Assembly (NCBI GenBank): GCA_951406725.2
Contig: OX597842.1
Coordinates: 33,480,001 to 33,544,000, forward strand
Source: Octopus vulgaris
Taxonomy: Eukaryota
Direction: 5' to 3'
DNA: 64,000 nucleotides
In this document: in pieces, positions 25,969 to 41,947 of the stretch
How positions within the stretch are numbered: position 1 is the first letter of the stretch
Layout of the letters: every line of letters begins with the position of its first letter
Translations under genes and position numbers: made by a program
The notes under the pieces: generated by a model
Seen by the model: the letters and a program-made list of their open reading frames with translations, nothing else
Told to the model about the DNA's origin: nothing
Database searches by the model: none

Positions 25969-26296
25969 AAACACACACACACATTGAGGTAGTTTGAGGA
26001 GAATTTTTTTACGACAAAAATATGGCCTGCTTGATCCCACGGGAAGAAGCGAATATATATCGGGAAAAAATTCCTTTAGCTTTCTCACTCACACAAATAC
26101 GTGTGTGTGTGTGTGTGTGTGTGTGTAGGAAAAGGTATGGGAGTGTGGGTAAAAAATTTGCTTTCCCAATCACATGGTTCCGGGTTCACTCCCACTGCGT
26201 GGCACCTTGGGTAAGTGTCTTCAATTGTAGCCCTGCTTCGACCAAAGAACTGTGAGTGGGTTTGAAAATGCGTCATGTATGCATATTATCATAATC

Positions 26297-26349
<53 letters not shown>

Positions 26350-26355
26350 TATATA

Positions 26356-26522
26356 TAACGGGAAGGTTTACGAAAATAAGCAAAAGATGAAGGCAGGTTT
26401 ACGACAATAAACAAAAGACGAAGACAGGTGGAGTACAAACAAACAATTGTATTAGTATGGCGCTGAGGAATAGAAATAAAACAAGTCTTTTACGTTTCGA
26501 GCCTGCGCTCTTCGACAGAAAA
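26356..26522 (-). mobile_element. Penelope-like relic with a minimal hammerhead-like motif
   Basis: Minus strand TTTT-CTGTCGA-A-GAGC(GCAG)GCTC-GAAAC-GTA-AAAG; homolog of 330-516. Confidence 0.55.
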
Positions 26523-26787
26523 TATATATATACTTTAGAATTAGTTAAAACACGCTCGGGATCTATTTTAAATTCTAAAGGCAGATTCATGGCAGATTTA
26601 TGGCAGGTACTGTGGAGCAAATGTTCTCTCTCATGGCGAAAGGTGTAAAGAATCCATAGCAAATAGAGATATTTTGAAATAATTGAATACATACGTTTCT
26701 GGCTTGCAAAACGCACCCATCACGTAAAATTTCTTCAGTTAATATCTTTAATAAACATGATCACGAAACACACACATATGTATATAT

Positions 26788-27185
26788 TTATATATATATA
26801 TAAATCAAGTTGTGTGTCTGTCTCCTACGATTTAGATTCCTAACTACCCCCACATTTGGCGGTGCAGTTTAACCAAAACCGGGTATCTTATAGTCGTGAT
26901 TCTTATCGAGCCCTTCTGGGTATTAGCGCGCGTCTACGATAAGTCTACGATTTAAAAAAAAATTTACCATAATTTTTTTTCCATTTTAATGCATTTTTTG
27001 CTATTATATAAGGGAAGTAACTCTCTAAAAATGTCTACGATGAGTCAACGATTTAAAAAAAATTTACCATAATTTTTTTCCCATTTTTAATGCATTTTTT
27101 TGCTATTTTTTGGCTATAACTCTCTAAAAATGCTTATATAGTTATTTCCCTTACAAACCCGAGCAACGCCGGGCGATACTGCTAG
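26788..27185 (+). mobile_element. Non-autonomous Helitron with an internal duplication of about 100 bp
   Basis: 3' CCCGAGCAACGCCGGGCGATACTGCTAG|T. The last ~130 bp are shared with 6635-7012; the 5' TC is degenerate. Confidence 0.8.
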
Positions 27186-27427
27186 TTTATATATAAATAT
27201 GTATGTATGAATGTATGTATGTATGCACGTGTGTATGTTTGTATGCATGTGTATAGCAAAAGTTAGCCACGACAAATAATGGCCTGGGGGCAAGTATTTT
27301 AACCAGTATAGAGAAAAATAGTTTTATGAAATAGCACACAACTAAAATACTCGCATTATTAAAATTATACCCCACGCAGTCTACAGTTGCAGTTGTACCA
27401 TAATTAACAAATAGCAATTAAGAGCAT

Positions 27428-27464
<37 letters not shown>

Positions 27465-27475
27465 TACATGCATAC

Positions 27476-27698
27476 ATACTCTTTACTCTATACTCTTTTA
27501 TTTGTTTCAGTCATTTGACTGCGGCCATGCTGGAGCACCGCCTTTAGTCGAGCAAATCGACCCCGGGACTTATTTTTTGTAAACCCGGTACTTATTCAAT
27601 CGGTCTCTTTTTGCCGAACCGCTACGTGACGGGGACGTAAACACACCAGCATCAGTTGTCAAGCAATGCTAGGGGGACAAACACAGACACACAAACAT

Positions 27699-27746
<48 letters not shown>

Positions 27747-27915
27747 TATGGGCTTCCACGCGGTTTCCGTCTACCAAAATCGCTGAAAGGGCATTGGCTG
27801 ACACGCGGTGGTGGGGGAGGGGCTGGGGCCGAGTAGATGACACTTGCCCAAGGTGTCGCGCAGTAGGACTGAACCCGGAGTCACTTGCATAAGAACAGAC
27901 CTTCTTAACTACATA
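27476..27915 (-). mobile_element. SINE family A with a divergent head half
   Basis: Tail half close to the other intact copies, head half highly substituted. Confidence 0.8.
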
Positions 27916-28019
27916 CCCATGTATGTATGTATGTATGTATGTATGTATGTATGTATGTGTGTGTGTATGTATGTATGTATGTGTGTATGTATGTATGTAT
28001 GTTTGCATGCATGTATGCA

Positions 28020-28472
<453 letters not shown>

Positions 28473-28575
28473 TTACTTAAGTTTACCATGAAATGGTCCT
28501 TTTTTCATGCCGAATTCTGCTTGGTGAAATTATTGATTAATTCTTAATTAATTAATTTTACCCTTTGTTATTATT

Positions 28576-28695
<120 letters not shown>

Positions 28696-28697
28696 TA

Positions 28698-28758
<61 letters not shown>

Positions 28759-29495
28759 GTATGTATATATGCACGCGCGACCGCACATATATGTAATAGG
28801 GAGCAGGTGTGATTGAGTGATTAAGATGACTTTAGTAACCACAAGATCGCGGTTTCGATCCCAGTACATGTTAAACTGAGCTGGGGTCTTAATAACAATT
28901 TTGGATTAAATGAAGTCGTGCGATCATAATTGCTTAAAGTGAAACGATACAGAAGTATAGCGGAGAGCTTGTACCCGGAATTCGAAAGGGTATCGCCTTG
29001 TCACGTGCTCTCTGTTGCTGGTTTTGTAGCGGAGGATTACTTTTAGGGTGGATGAAGGGAATCTGGAATGATGAGGCGGTAGAGCAACGAGTAAAGGATC
29101 GAATCCCATTGCACGCCCCATCGTCGCAATCGATGTAAGGGGTCTTCTGTGCTACATTAGAATGACAAAATGAAGGGCTCATAGCACACACACTTACACG
29201 CTTACACACCCGCATCACCAGAGTGTGTTCGTGGGTATATACATATGTGTGTATGTATGTATGTACGTATGTATGTATGTATGAATGTATATATGTGTAT
29301 ATGTATGTATGTATGTGTGTATGTATGTATGTTTGTGTGTATGTGTGTATGTATGTATGTGTGTGTATGTATGTATGTATGTATGTACGTGTATATATAT
29401 GTATGTATGTATGTGTATATATATGTATGTATGTGTATATATATGTATGTATGTGTATATATATGTATGTATGTGTATATATATGTATGTATGTG

Positions 29496-29531
<36 letters not shown>

Positions 29532-29555
29532 TGTGTATATGTATGTATGTATGTA

Positions 29556-29588
<33 letters not shown>

Positions 29589-29733
29589 GTATGTATGTAT
29601 GTATGTGTGTATGTATGTATGTATGTATGCATGCATGCATGCATGTATGTATGCATGCATGCATGCATGTATGTATGTATGTATGTATGTATGTGTATAT
29701 ACATATGTATGTATGTATGTGTATATACATATG

Positions 29734-29775
<42 letters not shown>

Positions 29776-30446
29776 CGTATGTATGTGTATTGGAACGTAG
29801 TAAAGCGGAATGAAAAACAGAGAGAAATTGGGTATTTTTTACCCTTATAAGACGGAAATATAGAGAAATCTATTTATACAGTATACGTAAGTATATGTAT
29901 ATATACATTATACGCATCAACTGTGGAAACACGTGTAGGTCATTATGATATTCTGTATGAAACTATAAACTAAATTTTATGGATGTACAAGTTTCCATAC
30001 TCTTTATTATTATTAATATTTATATATCATATAATTATAAATATGTATATACACACACACATCATATATATGAATATATATATATAATTAAATCATATAT
30101 ATAGATGACTATATATATATATGTATGTATCGTATGTATGTGTATATATATATATATGTATATATATTATGCATATTAATTATAATATATATGCATGTAT
30201 GTATGTATACACATACATCATACATATTAACTATCGTATTCATATATATTATACACTCACCCAGAGATACACATATATTTATACATATATTTACACACGT
30301 GTATATAACATTTATATATATCGTGTGTGTAACCACAGCCACACACACACATACGTTCCTACATATATATATTCACAGACGCATACATATGTGTCTATAT
30401 ATACATACATACGCATAGACGCCACTCTCCAATATGCGTGTGTATG

Positions 30447-30485
<39 letters not shown>

Positions 30486-30883
30486 ACACATAGTATGTAT
30501 GTATTTATTATGAGTATATATATATATATATATATATATACATACATATATCAAAATACAAAATGGGACAAGAACGCAAAACATTCAGAAGACGATACAA
30601 AAAACACGGACGGGACATTCGAAGCCTTTAATCTTCGGTCAAGAACCGGATCATCCTCACAATTTCGGCTGTGTGTGTATGTGTGTGTGTGTGTATGTGT
30701 GTGTGTGTGTAGACACTGAGGTGGTTTAGACAAGGATCATATCAACCTTTTCTTATTCAAAATATACACAGATTTATCGAACGTTCAGTGCTTTCATTAA
30801 AACATAATTTTACCTTACCAGGTATTTAGTCCTTCATTATTTTAAATGTCTCCTTAATTCCTCCTCTATTTTCTGTGCGTGTG

Positions 30884-30916
<33 letters not shown>

Positions 30917-31022
30917 ATATGAATGTGTAGATTTATTAAGGAGATTCCGCTAGTGAGTGAGTGAGTATATATGTAAACTTTTCTAATATCTCACGCGCTT
31001 TGACGAATTCCATTAAAAGCAA

Positions 31023-31061
<39 letters not shown>

Positions 31062-31414
31062 AATGATATTTAGTTTGTATGAACCTAAAAGCCGAAACCA
31101 GTTGGTATTGAACCTGTACCCTCGTGGTTCTCAGAACAACAAGCTTAAATGCTATACATACAATTTTTGCAGAGAGATTTTTCAAGGCTATGTGAATTTG
31201 CTAAAATTATATACACAAATGAATGAATACATACATACACACACACACATATACATACAAACATATATATGTGTGCGTGTGTGTGTGTGTGTGTTTACAC
31301 ACACGATATATATATATAAATGTTATATACACGTGTGTAAATATATGTATACAATATGTATCTGTGTGTGAGAGCAAAATATATATGTATGATATATGTG
31401 TATACATACATGCT

Positions 31415-31580
31415 AAACATAGAAGGGACAAACAAGGACAGACAAAGGGGTTTCGTCAATTACATCGACCCTAGTGCGTAACTGGTACTTATTTAATCGA
31501 CCCCGAATAGATGAAAGGCGGAATTTGAACTCAGAACGTAACGGCAGACAGTGTGCTAACGATTCTGCCAGCTCGCCACC
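31415..31580 (-). mobile_element. SINE family B, internally deleted
   Basis: ACATCGACCC..AACTGGTACTTATTTAATCGACCCCG..GAATTTGAACTCAG..CTGCCAGCTCGCC. Confidence 0.8.
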
Positions 31581-31850
31581 ATAATAATAATCATAAAAAC
31601 ACACACACAAAAAAAAAAAAAAAATCATAATGGGTGTATATACATGTAGAAAAGTTTACATGGGATCTCCTTTACGAATTTTCTCGAGAATTCTTCGATT
31701 TTTATACATAATTCCTGTGCGAATATGAACCAGAAAAACTTTCAACTATTTTGCAATTCTCATTTCAAATAAAATATTTGTATTTCTCCATCTGATGAGT
31801 GGAACGTGCAGATGAGTTTGATGAGAACACGGCTTCGATCTTAACCCCCA

Positions 31851-31858
31851 TCTATCTA

Positions 31859-31894
<36 letters not shown>

Positions 31895-32236
31895 TCTACC
31901 TATTTGTCTGTCTATCTATCTATCTATCTACCTATTTGTCTGTCTATCTATCTATCTATCTATCTACCTATTTGTCTGTCTATTTATCTATCTATCTACC
32001 TATTTGTCTGTCTATCTATCTATCTACCTATTTGTCTGTCTATCTATCTATCTATCTACCTATTTGTCTGTCTATCTATCTATCTATCTATCTATCTACC
32101 TATTTGTCTGTCTATCTATCTATCTATCTATCTACCTATTTGTCTGTCTATCTATCTATCTATCTACCTATTTGTCTGTCTATCTATCTATCTATCTATC
32201 TATCTACCTATTTGTCTGTCTATCTATCTATCTATC

Positions 32237-32240
<4 letters not shown>
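31851..32240. repeat. Compound (TATC)n-TACCTATTTGTCTGTC minisatellite
   Basis: TACCTATTTGTCTGTC recurs, separated by variable TATC runs. Confidence 0.9.
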
Positions 32241-32275
<35 letters not shown>

Positions 32276-32405
32276 CTATCTTTCAATCTATCTATCAGTT
32301 TATCCACCTAACTACCTATTTATCTATCTGTCTGTCTGTGTCTATCAATCCATCCATCTATCTATCTATCTACCTATCTATCTGTATGTATGTATATCTT
32401 TGTAT

Positions 32406-32449
<44 letters not shown>

Positions 32450-33078
32450 TAAATGAAATAAAACATATGCATATATATAAACATATATAAACATATATAA
32501 ACATATATACACGCATATGTAGTACAGGACACCATGTATATATACACGCATTTATGAGTACAGGACACCAAAGGGACGTCGAACACAAAGAGAAACGAAA
32601 ACATAGACACAAACCAAAGGAACTGGACATTTTTTTAAAAACAACAAAATATGGAGTACATTATATATATATATATAACTGGATATATATATATATATAT
32701 ACATATATGATATAAGTTATACGATGTATAAAAACATGCTATATACAAATAAATATCTGTAAATATAAAACCATCCGAATTTCTGAGTACCTCATTTATT
32801 CTAATATAAAATACCTGGACATCATCTCCAAACTTTCTAATACATATATATATATATATATTTCGTTTTTGTATATCGTTTGCAAAATTTTTGATGAGAA
32901 TTGACTTTCCCTAGATACAATACACACACACACACATGTATATAGTTTTAGGTGATTGAGAAAGAAAACCGTTAATGTGATAGGAACTGGATTTTGTAAT
33001 ATAAAAATTATCGAAATCTTGGGCCAGAGAATTATGCCGCCATATTTTACGTGAAAATCAAATATATTTAAGAAATTA

Positions 33079-33136
<58 letters not shown>

Positions 33137-33339
33137 ATGTGTATAATATGTGTATGTTGTTATATACCTGTTTGGTTTGGTTTTAATATTTCGCTTCTTT
33201 CGGTCATTGGACTGCGCCCATGATGGGGCACCGCCTTGAAGAATTTATAGTCGGACGAAACGACTCCAGAACCATTTCTTTTGATTCTCATTTTGCAAGC
33301 TTGGTATATATTCTATCCGGGGATGTAATCCGTAAATTG

Positions 33340-33388
<49 letters not shown>

Positions 33389-33871
33389 TATATATATACA
33401 CACACGAGGTGAAAAATTACGGTTAGTAAGACGAAACTTCGAAGTCCCTATCAAAACTTTTTTTATGTAAAAATTAAAAAAAAAAACATGTATTCTATTT
33501 AAAAGTATTGAGAATTCTTTGAAGACAATTTTAAACTATATTTATATAAGCAATAATAAGTCTGTGTGTCTGTGTGTGATTTTAGAAGTCTGCTTCCCAA
33601 GCACGTTTTCACGGGTTCAATCCCAGTTCGGGTACTTTAGACAAGTGTCTTCTACTATAACTTCAGGGTCGAAGCTATAATGGATTTGGCAGAGGGAAAC
33701 TAACAGAAGCCCATCGTATAAACATACCATATATATATATATATATATGCGCACACACACACACATATATATATATAACTATGTGCGTGTGTGTTTTTTT
33801 TTTCGTTTATTTTAATTGTTTGTTCGTTGAATTGACTAGAAGGAAAGAAAGAAAAGGAAGAAAGGATTGAT

Positions 33872-34264
<393 letters not shown>

Positions 34265-34519
34265 CAGTTAGATGAGGTGAGCTGAAAGAATCGTTAGGAA
34301 GTCGAACAAAATGTTTAGCGGCATTTCGTCCGTTTTGTCTTTGTTACTTTAAATTCCACCGAGGTGGACTTTGCCTTTCGTCCATTCAGGATCGATAAAA
34401 TTAGCACCGAAATTGCTGGCTCTGTACCAAAATCTGAAACGACTCTATATATGTATATATGTCTGTGTGTGGAGAAACGAAAGAAAAATAGGGACTCAAC
34501 ACATTTAGTAGGGATTAAC

Positions 34520-34962
<443 letters not shown>

Positions 34963-35110
34963 GCCGATGGGGAGAAAGAAATGGAGACAAGAGTGAAACG
35001 CGATAAAAAATATAATTAATACGCAAAAAAATGTGATAAAATGAATGATTCTGTCCTTCGAATTAGGAAGAAATTCCAACTAGGGTTATTTAAGGAACTC
35101 TACAGATATA

Positions 35111-35692
35111 TATTTCTTTATTGCCCACAAGGGGCTAAACATAGAGGGGACAAACAAGGACAGACAAAGGGATTAAGTCGATTACATCGACCCCAGTGCG
35201 AAACTGGTACTTATTTAATCGACACCGAAAGGATGAAAGGCGAAGTCGACCTCGGAGGAATTTGAACTCAGAACGTAACGGCAGACGACATACCTATTTC
35301 TTTACTAGCCACAAGGGGCTAAACACAGAGGGGGCAAACAAGGACAGACAAAGGGATTAAGTCGATTATATCTACCCCAGTGCGTTACTGGTACTTATTT
35401 AATCGACACCGAAGGGATGAAAGGCAAAGTCGACCCCGGTGGAATTTGAACTCAGAACGTAACGGCAGACGACATACCTATTTCTTTACTACCCACAAGG
35501 GGCTAAACAAGGACAGACAAAAGGATTAAGTTGATTACCACGACCCCAGTGCGTAACTGGTACTTATTTAATCGACACCGAAAGAATGAAAGGCAAAGTC
35601 GACATCGGCGGAATTTGAACTCAGAACGTAACGAAAGACGAAATACCGCTAAGCATTTCGCCCGGCGAGCTAACGTGTCTGCCAGCTCGCCG
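35111..35692 (-). mobile_element. tRNA-derived SINE family B with three tandem 184-bp body units
   Basis: TTTCTTTA tail at 35113, 35297 and 35481. One head GGCGAGCTGGCAGA; B-box GAGTTCAAATTCC. Confidence 0.9.
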
Positions 35693-36079
35693 ATAGGAGA
35701 ACCATGGTCACCGAAGGTTCGAGCCTTCTCTCCGGCACTTCTGTCTGAAAACGGATAAGAGTAGGATCCGTCGGGTCCGACTTATGAAGGGTCAACAGCC
35801 GATATTATAGCTCTTAATCAACGAAAAAGAGAATTTGTATTCAGAGGTGATGACTTGTCTAGGACCAGTCGCAGGTTCCAGAAATGCCGATGGCAGAAAG
35901 CCGGGACCAATTTTGACTGCAAATTCAACGAGTTATGTTTATACGGAGAGGGGACAAAAAAAAAACCCCAGAAAGAATTAGGGGTTAAATGTACAGGGGT
36001 TATGATAAAATCATTTCATGTACAACAATACGAATTAAAATGCATTTTAGTTAAGTAGAGCGGCCGACAAACTGAACTC

Positions 36080-36117
<38 letters not shown>

Positions 36118-36222
36118 GATGTTTACATGCTAAACCATTCAATTATAATTAATAACCTTTTCTGATCAATTTATATTCACCCACGTGTGACAGTCAGTAT
36201 ATACAATTGCATTATGTATGTA

Positions 36223-36284
<62 letters not shown>

Positions 36285-36322
36285 TAGATAGATTGATAAA
36301 GAGATGATAGATAGCTAGATAT

Positions 36323-36391
<69 letters not shown>

Positions 36392-36530
36392 CATTTTTCG
36401 TAAGGCACACGGGGAGAACACAAAACGCGTATCTCTCTCTCTACACACACACACGCACACAAATACACACACATATATATATTTATCATTATTATTATTA
36501 TTATTATTAACATCATTATTATCGATATTA

Positions 36531-37075
36531 AGGGCGAGCTGGCAGAAATGTTAGCACACCGGGACGAAATACTTTAGCGGTATTTCGTCTATCCTTACGT
36601 TCTGAGTTCAAATTCCGCCGAGGTCGACTTTGCCTTTCATCCTTTTGGGATCGATGAAATAAGTACCAGTTACGCACTGGGGTCGATATAATCGGCTTAA
36701 TCCCTTTATCTGTCCTTGTTTGTCCCCTCTATATTTAGCCCCTTGTGGGTAGTAAAGAAATATATATTTCGTCTGTCTCTACGTTCTGAGTTCAAATTCC
36801 ACCGAGGTCGACTTTGCCTTTCATCATTTCGGTGATCGATAAATGAAGTACCAGTGAAACACTGGGATCGATGTAATCAACTCACACCCACCTCCCTCAA
36901 ATTTCAGGCCTTGTGTCTATAATAGAAAGGATTATTAAGGGCAAGTTGGCAGAGTCGTTAGCACGCCGGGCAAAACTTCTCTAAATTTTGAGTTCGAATT
37001 CAACCGATGTCGACTTTGTCTTTCGTTCTATCAGGGGTGGGTTGGGGGCGATAAAATATGTACCATCTGAGCCCT
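36531..37075 (+). mobile_element. SINE family B tandem cluster
   Basis: GGCGAGCTGGCAGAAATGTTAGC head, GTCGACTTTGCCTTTCATC domain repeated, second head at about 36938. Confidence 0.85.
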
Positions 37076-37316
37076 GTAACCGACTTACAACCCCCTTCTC
37101 AACACCACCATAACCCCTACCCATGAAACCGCTGGCTTTAGTGAAAGTTTGAAACGAACAGTAAGTGACAAAAGTTTGCAGGAAGAAAGCCCCAAAGAGC
37201 AAAAGTTTCGCGCATTGGTTCTTCGGACCAAAGTTTGATAGGACCCAAAAACGAAAAACCCCCAAAATATAAACCCGAAAAGTGTTCGCAGTTGAGTCAC
37301 TCTTTAACCTTTACTG

Positions 37317-37317
<1 letters not shown>

Positions 37318-37356
<39 letters not shown>

Positions 37357-37395
37357 GTAATAATAATAATAAAGATAATAATAATGATGATGATG

Positions 37396-37426
<31 letters not shown>

Positions 37427-37490
37427 TAATCATAATAATAATTATAATAATAATAATTATAATAATAATTATATTAATAATTATAATAAA

Positions 37491-37554
<64 letters not shown>

Positions 37555-37618
37555 GTAGTAACAAAAATAATAATAATAATAATTATTATTATTATTATAA
37601 TAAAAATAATAATAATAA

Positions 37619-37649
<31 letters not shown>

Positions 37650-37746
37650 AATAAAAATAATAAAAATAATAATAATAATAGTAATAATAATAATAACAAA
37701 AATAATAATAATAATAATAATAATAATGATGATAATGATAATAATA
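37318..37746. repeat. Imperfect (AAT)n microsatellite
   Basis: Read directly; source of the poly-Ile ORF artefact. Confidence 0.95.
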
Positions 37747-37934
37747 TATATATACATGTGTGTGTGTGTGTGTGTGTAGAAACTGCAGAAGTGCCTCATA
37801 GGCTTTGCAAGTTCAAATGTTCTATGTTTTTTAAATGTGTGTGTGTGTGTGTATTTTGTTATTCTATAATTCTATTATTCCATAATCCTGTTATTCTGTA
37901 ATTCTTTTATTATTTTATATTTTTTTGTTGTTGT

Positions 37935-38330
37935 TTTAAATGTTTCGGTCGTTTTTAGTGCGGCCATACTGGAGCACCGCCTCTAATCGAAGTACTCGAC
38001 GGCAGGACTTGCTTATTCTTTGTAAGCACACTACTTAATCTATCGTTCCTCTCAGTTGACGAACCGCTATGTGACGGGGGACGTAAACACACCAACATCG
38101 GTTGTCAAGCGATGCTGGCATGGGGACAAACACAAACACACAAATACACACTTATACATATACAAATGTGTGTGTACGACGGGCTTCTTTCAGTTTCCGT
38201 CTACCAAACCCACTCACAGGGCTTTGGTTGGCCCGAGGCTATAGTAGAAGACACTTAACCAAGGTGCCACGCCGTGGGACTGAACCTGGGACCATGTGGT
38301 TGGTAAGCAAGCTACTTACCACACAGCCAC
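37935..38330 (-). mobile_element. SINE family A
   Basis: Family A motifs. Confidence 0.85.
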
Positions 38331-38486
38331 ACACACACACACACATATACACACATATATATATATGTATGTATAAGGATATTATTGTTTGCAGTAAGAT
38401 TCAATGACATAACATGCTTACAAAAATACCATCAGATTAAAAAATTAATAATTTGTGGTTGTGACTGCTATTTGTAGCACCGTTAG

Positions 38487-38546
<60 letters not shown>

Positions 38547-38673
38547 GGGTGAAAAATTGGATATTAATTTAATAATACCATTAATTTAACGCCAAGTGGC
38601 TTAGCGCATAAAAACCAGCGGATCTATTTTTAGCGCTAGAGTCGACCATATAGTGGTCACTCTCTTATATTTG

Positions 38674-38745
<72 letters not shown>

Positions 38746-38861
38746 AGATGTCTTTGTGCGTGTGTGTGTGTGAATCAGTCGTTGAGTATGTGTCACACGG
38801 TCAAGCCCTGAGTTTCATGTTGTGTCACTTCGGAAGTGGAAATATTGTGTGTGTATGTATT

Positions 38862-38895
<34 letters not shown>

Positions 38896-38913
38896 TATAT
38901 ATATATACACACA

Positions 38914-38999
<86 letters not shown>

Positions 39000-39871
39000 A
39001 TGTGTATGTCTGTATATATATATATATATATATAAATATATATATCTGTGTATGTCTGTATATATATATATATATATATATGCGAGTGTGTATGTGTGAG
39101 CATCTCTCTCTCAATATATCTATATGTGTATATGTGTATATATATATGTGTGTGTGTATATATATATATATATATTATAAATAAGGATAGATAGATATCT
39201 TGGGTGTTTTTGTATGTATATATATATACATGTGTGTAAATATATATTTGTATGTATGTTTTTTTTTATATCTGAGTGTGTATATCATTTATGTTTGTGT
39301 GCATGTGTGTATATGTCAATATATATATATATATATATATACATGCACACACATACACACATATGTATATATATTTATATAGTAATTATTTGAGGGAATA
39401 TAAATCCAAACTTACAGGGAAAAAATTTCAATTTAGAAATACTAAATCAAATTTCACACAAAAATTTCTAATTTTTATATATATATATATATATATATAA
39501 TGTAAAAATGTAAACATATCTATGTGTTCATGTATATTTTTATATTTCTATGTGTACAAGTATGCAAATATACACACACAGACATATACATATACATATC
39601 TACATACATACATACAGATCTATATAACACGATTGTATATATATGTAGACAGATAAATAGATAGGTCAGTAGGTAGGTAGATAGATAGATATTTACATAA
39701 ATACACAAGCCTCTTTGTTTGTATATACACACACACAAACACAGACACACATATATATATATATCAATGTGTACATACCTTTGTATATATATATATACTG
39801 TTTAGTATCCTCTCATGAATATGTAATGTATGTAGATAGATAGACAGACAGATAGATAAATATATATGTAT

Positions 39872-39915
<44 letters not shown>

Positions 39916-40979
39916 GTAGACAAAGATTATCAATAAATAGAGATACAGGTATATAATGATTATATATACAGTTAATCTGATATAAGATTATCCACCTCTG
40001 CATATATGCATTTATGTATACATATATATGTATATTTTTTATGTGTGTATTTTATGTATATTTGTACAAATGCATGTGCGTGAATATATATATATGTATA
40101 TATACATATACATATATGTATGTATGTATGTATGTATATGTATGTATTTTCTATACAGGTGTGTATGTGTGGCTATGCAATTTACAGGTTTGTTTGTACG
40201 TATGTATGTAATTATATATAAACTTTTAACGTATACTCATATATATATTTAGGGTATATAATACGAAATTTCTTAAATGGAAATCAAATATCAATGCTTA
40301 TATATACACACACAAACACATATAGTTACACTCACATATATATATATATGTACATATGTATGCAATTTCATATATATATATATATAAATCTTGTGCATAG
40401 AATAAAATGTTCAAAAGAAAGCATATAACAAACAGGATATAGAAAATAATATATACATGTTTTTCTTCTTTTTTGTATTTTAAACACACTTTATATAGAC
40501 AAGACAGAAACATAACAAAATATATAGACCTGTTTATACGACAAACACACGTATATATAGACAGACTACAAGCACATCACTATTAACATGTTAATTTACA
40601 CATACATACATACATACAAGTATATATATATACATATATATATATATGTTTGTATACATTCAGTTATGTACGTATATATATATGTATATATATATATGTA
40701 AACACGCCAGCAAATGATCACGTGTAGCGGAGAAATTCGCGGACTTCTATATACAACAGACAAGTCAACATAACATTACATATATATACATATATACAAA
40801 TATATACACGCTGAAACAGTATGAACTATATATACATAAAACTTCTGTGTACACTCTACTTGGCACGCTCACAAACAAGTTATTATATACGCATGTATAC
40901 GTACATATGTATGCTATTATATATACCTGTTAGATGTGTATATACACCAATTAACCTGCGCATGTAAACATGTTTAGCT

Positions 40980-41011
<32 letters not shown>

Positions 41012-41865
41012 AACGTATATGTATATATATATGCATATATATACTAGAATATCTTACATCTATTTGCACATATATACAGGCATTTTAAACGGCATTATAT
41101 ACACATACATATACATACATATAAGATAATAGTAACATACAATGAAATCTCGTGTGTATATATATATACACGCATACATATAGGCATATATAGAAATATA
41201 TATACACACACACACGTTCGCACAAATGTACAGGTATGATTACATATAAACAAATATATATACATCTATATACACAAAAGAAACATGAAATATATATTTC
41301 TACGTATAGAATGTCAATTATACACACCCATTTAGCATTTCTCGTCACGAAAAGCTGTGTATATATATATATAAATCTCTCTCTCTTTTAAGTGTTCAGA
41401 ATATATATATCGCTTGTGTGTTTAATATATATAATATATAATATATATATATATATATCTATATATGAATAAATAAAAAAATATATATACGTATATATCG
41501 ATATATATATATATGTATGTGTATATATGTATGTATGTATATTTATACGTATATATATATATGATACGTTAAGTATAGATATATATATTTATATATATAC
41601 ATATATATATACACGGTACTTTCCAACGGGCGTGCGATATTTCACAAGCTTGTATTTGAGTCTCTTATTCACTACAGTGAATGGCACGGCGCCGTGGCTT
41701 TATCAGCGCTGTTATACACACGGCGCTTTTTTTTTTTCACTCCCCCCTTCTTTTTCACCTTGTTTTCTTCCTCTGTCTCTCTCACTCTCGCTCTCTCTCT
41801 CGCTCTCTCTCTGTCTTTGCTTTCTTTCTGTGTGTCTGACTGACTGTCTGTCGCTCTCTCACTCC

Positions 41866-41899
<34 letters not shown>

Positions 41900-41947
41900 C
41901 GCGCTCGCTCTCTCTGTTACTCTCTTTGTATCTCCCTCCTTTCTAAA

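Noticed and set aside
31792-31835. CTGATGAG hammerhead core
   Set aside because: No stem II closure or GAAA at a suitable distance; at most a truncated relic.
41675-41700. AATGGCAC seed resembling the miR-183/263 family
   Set aside because: The rest of the mature sequence does not match and no precursor hairpin is evident.
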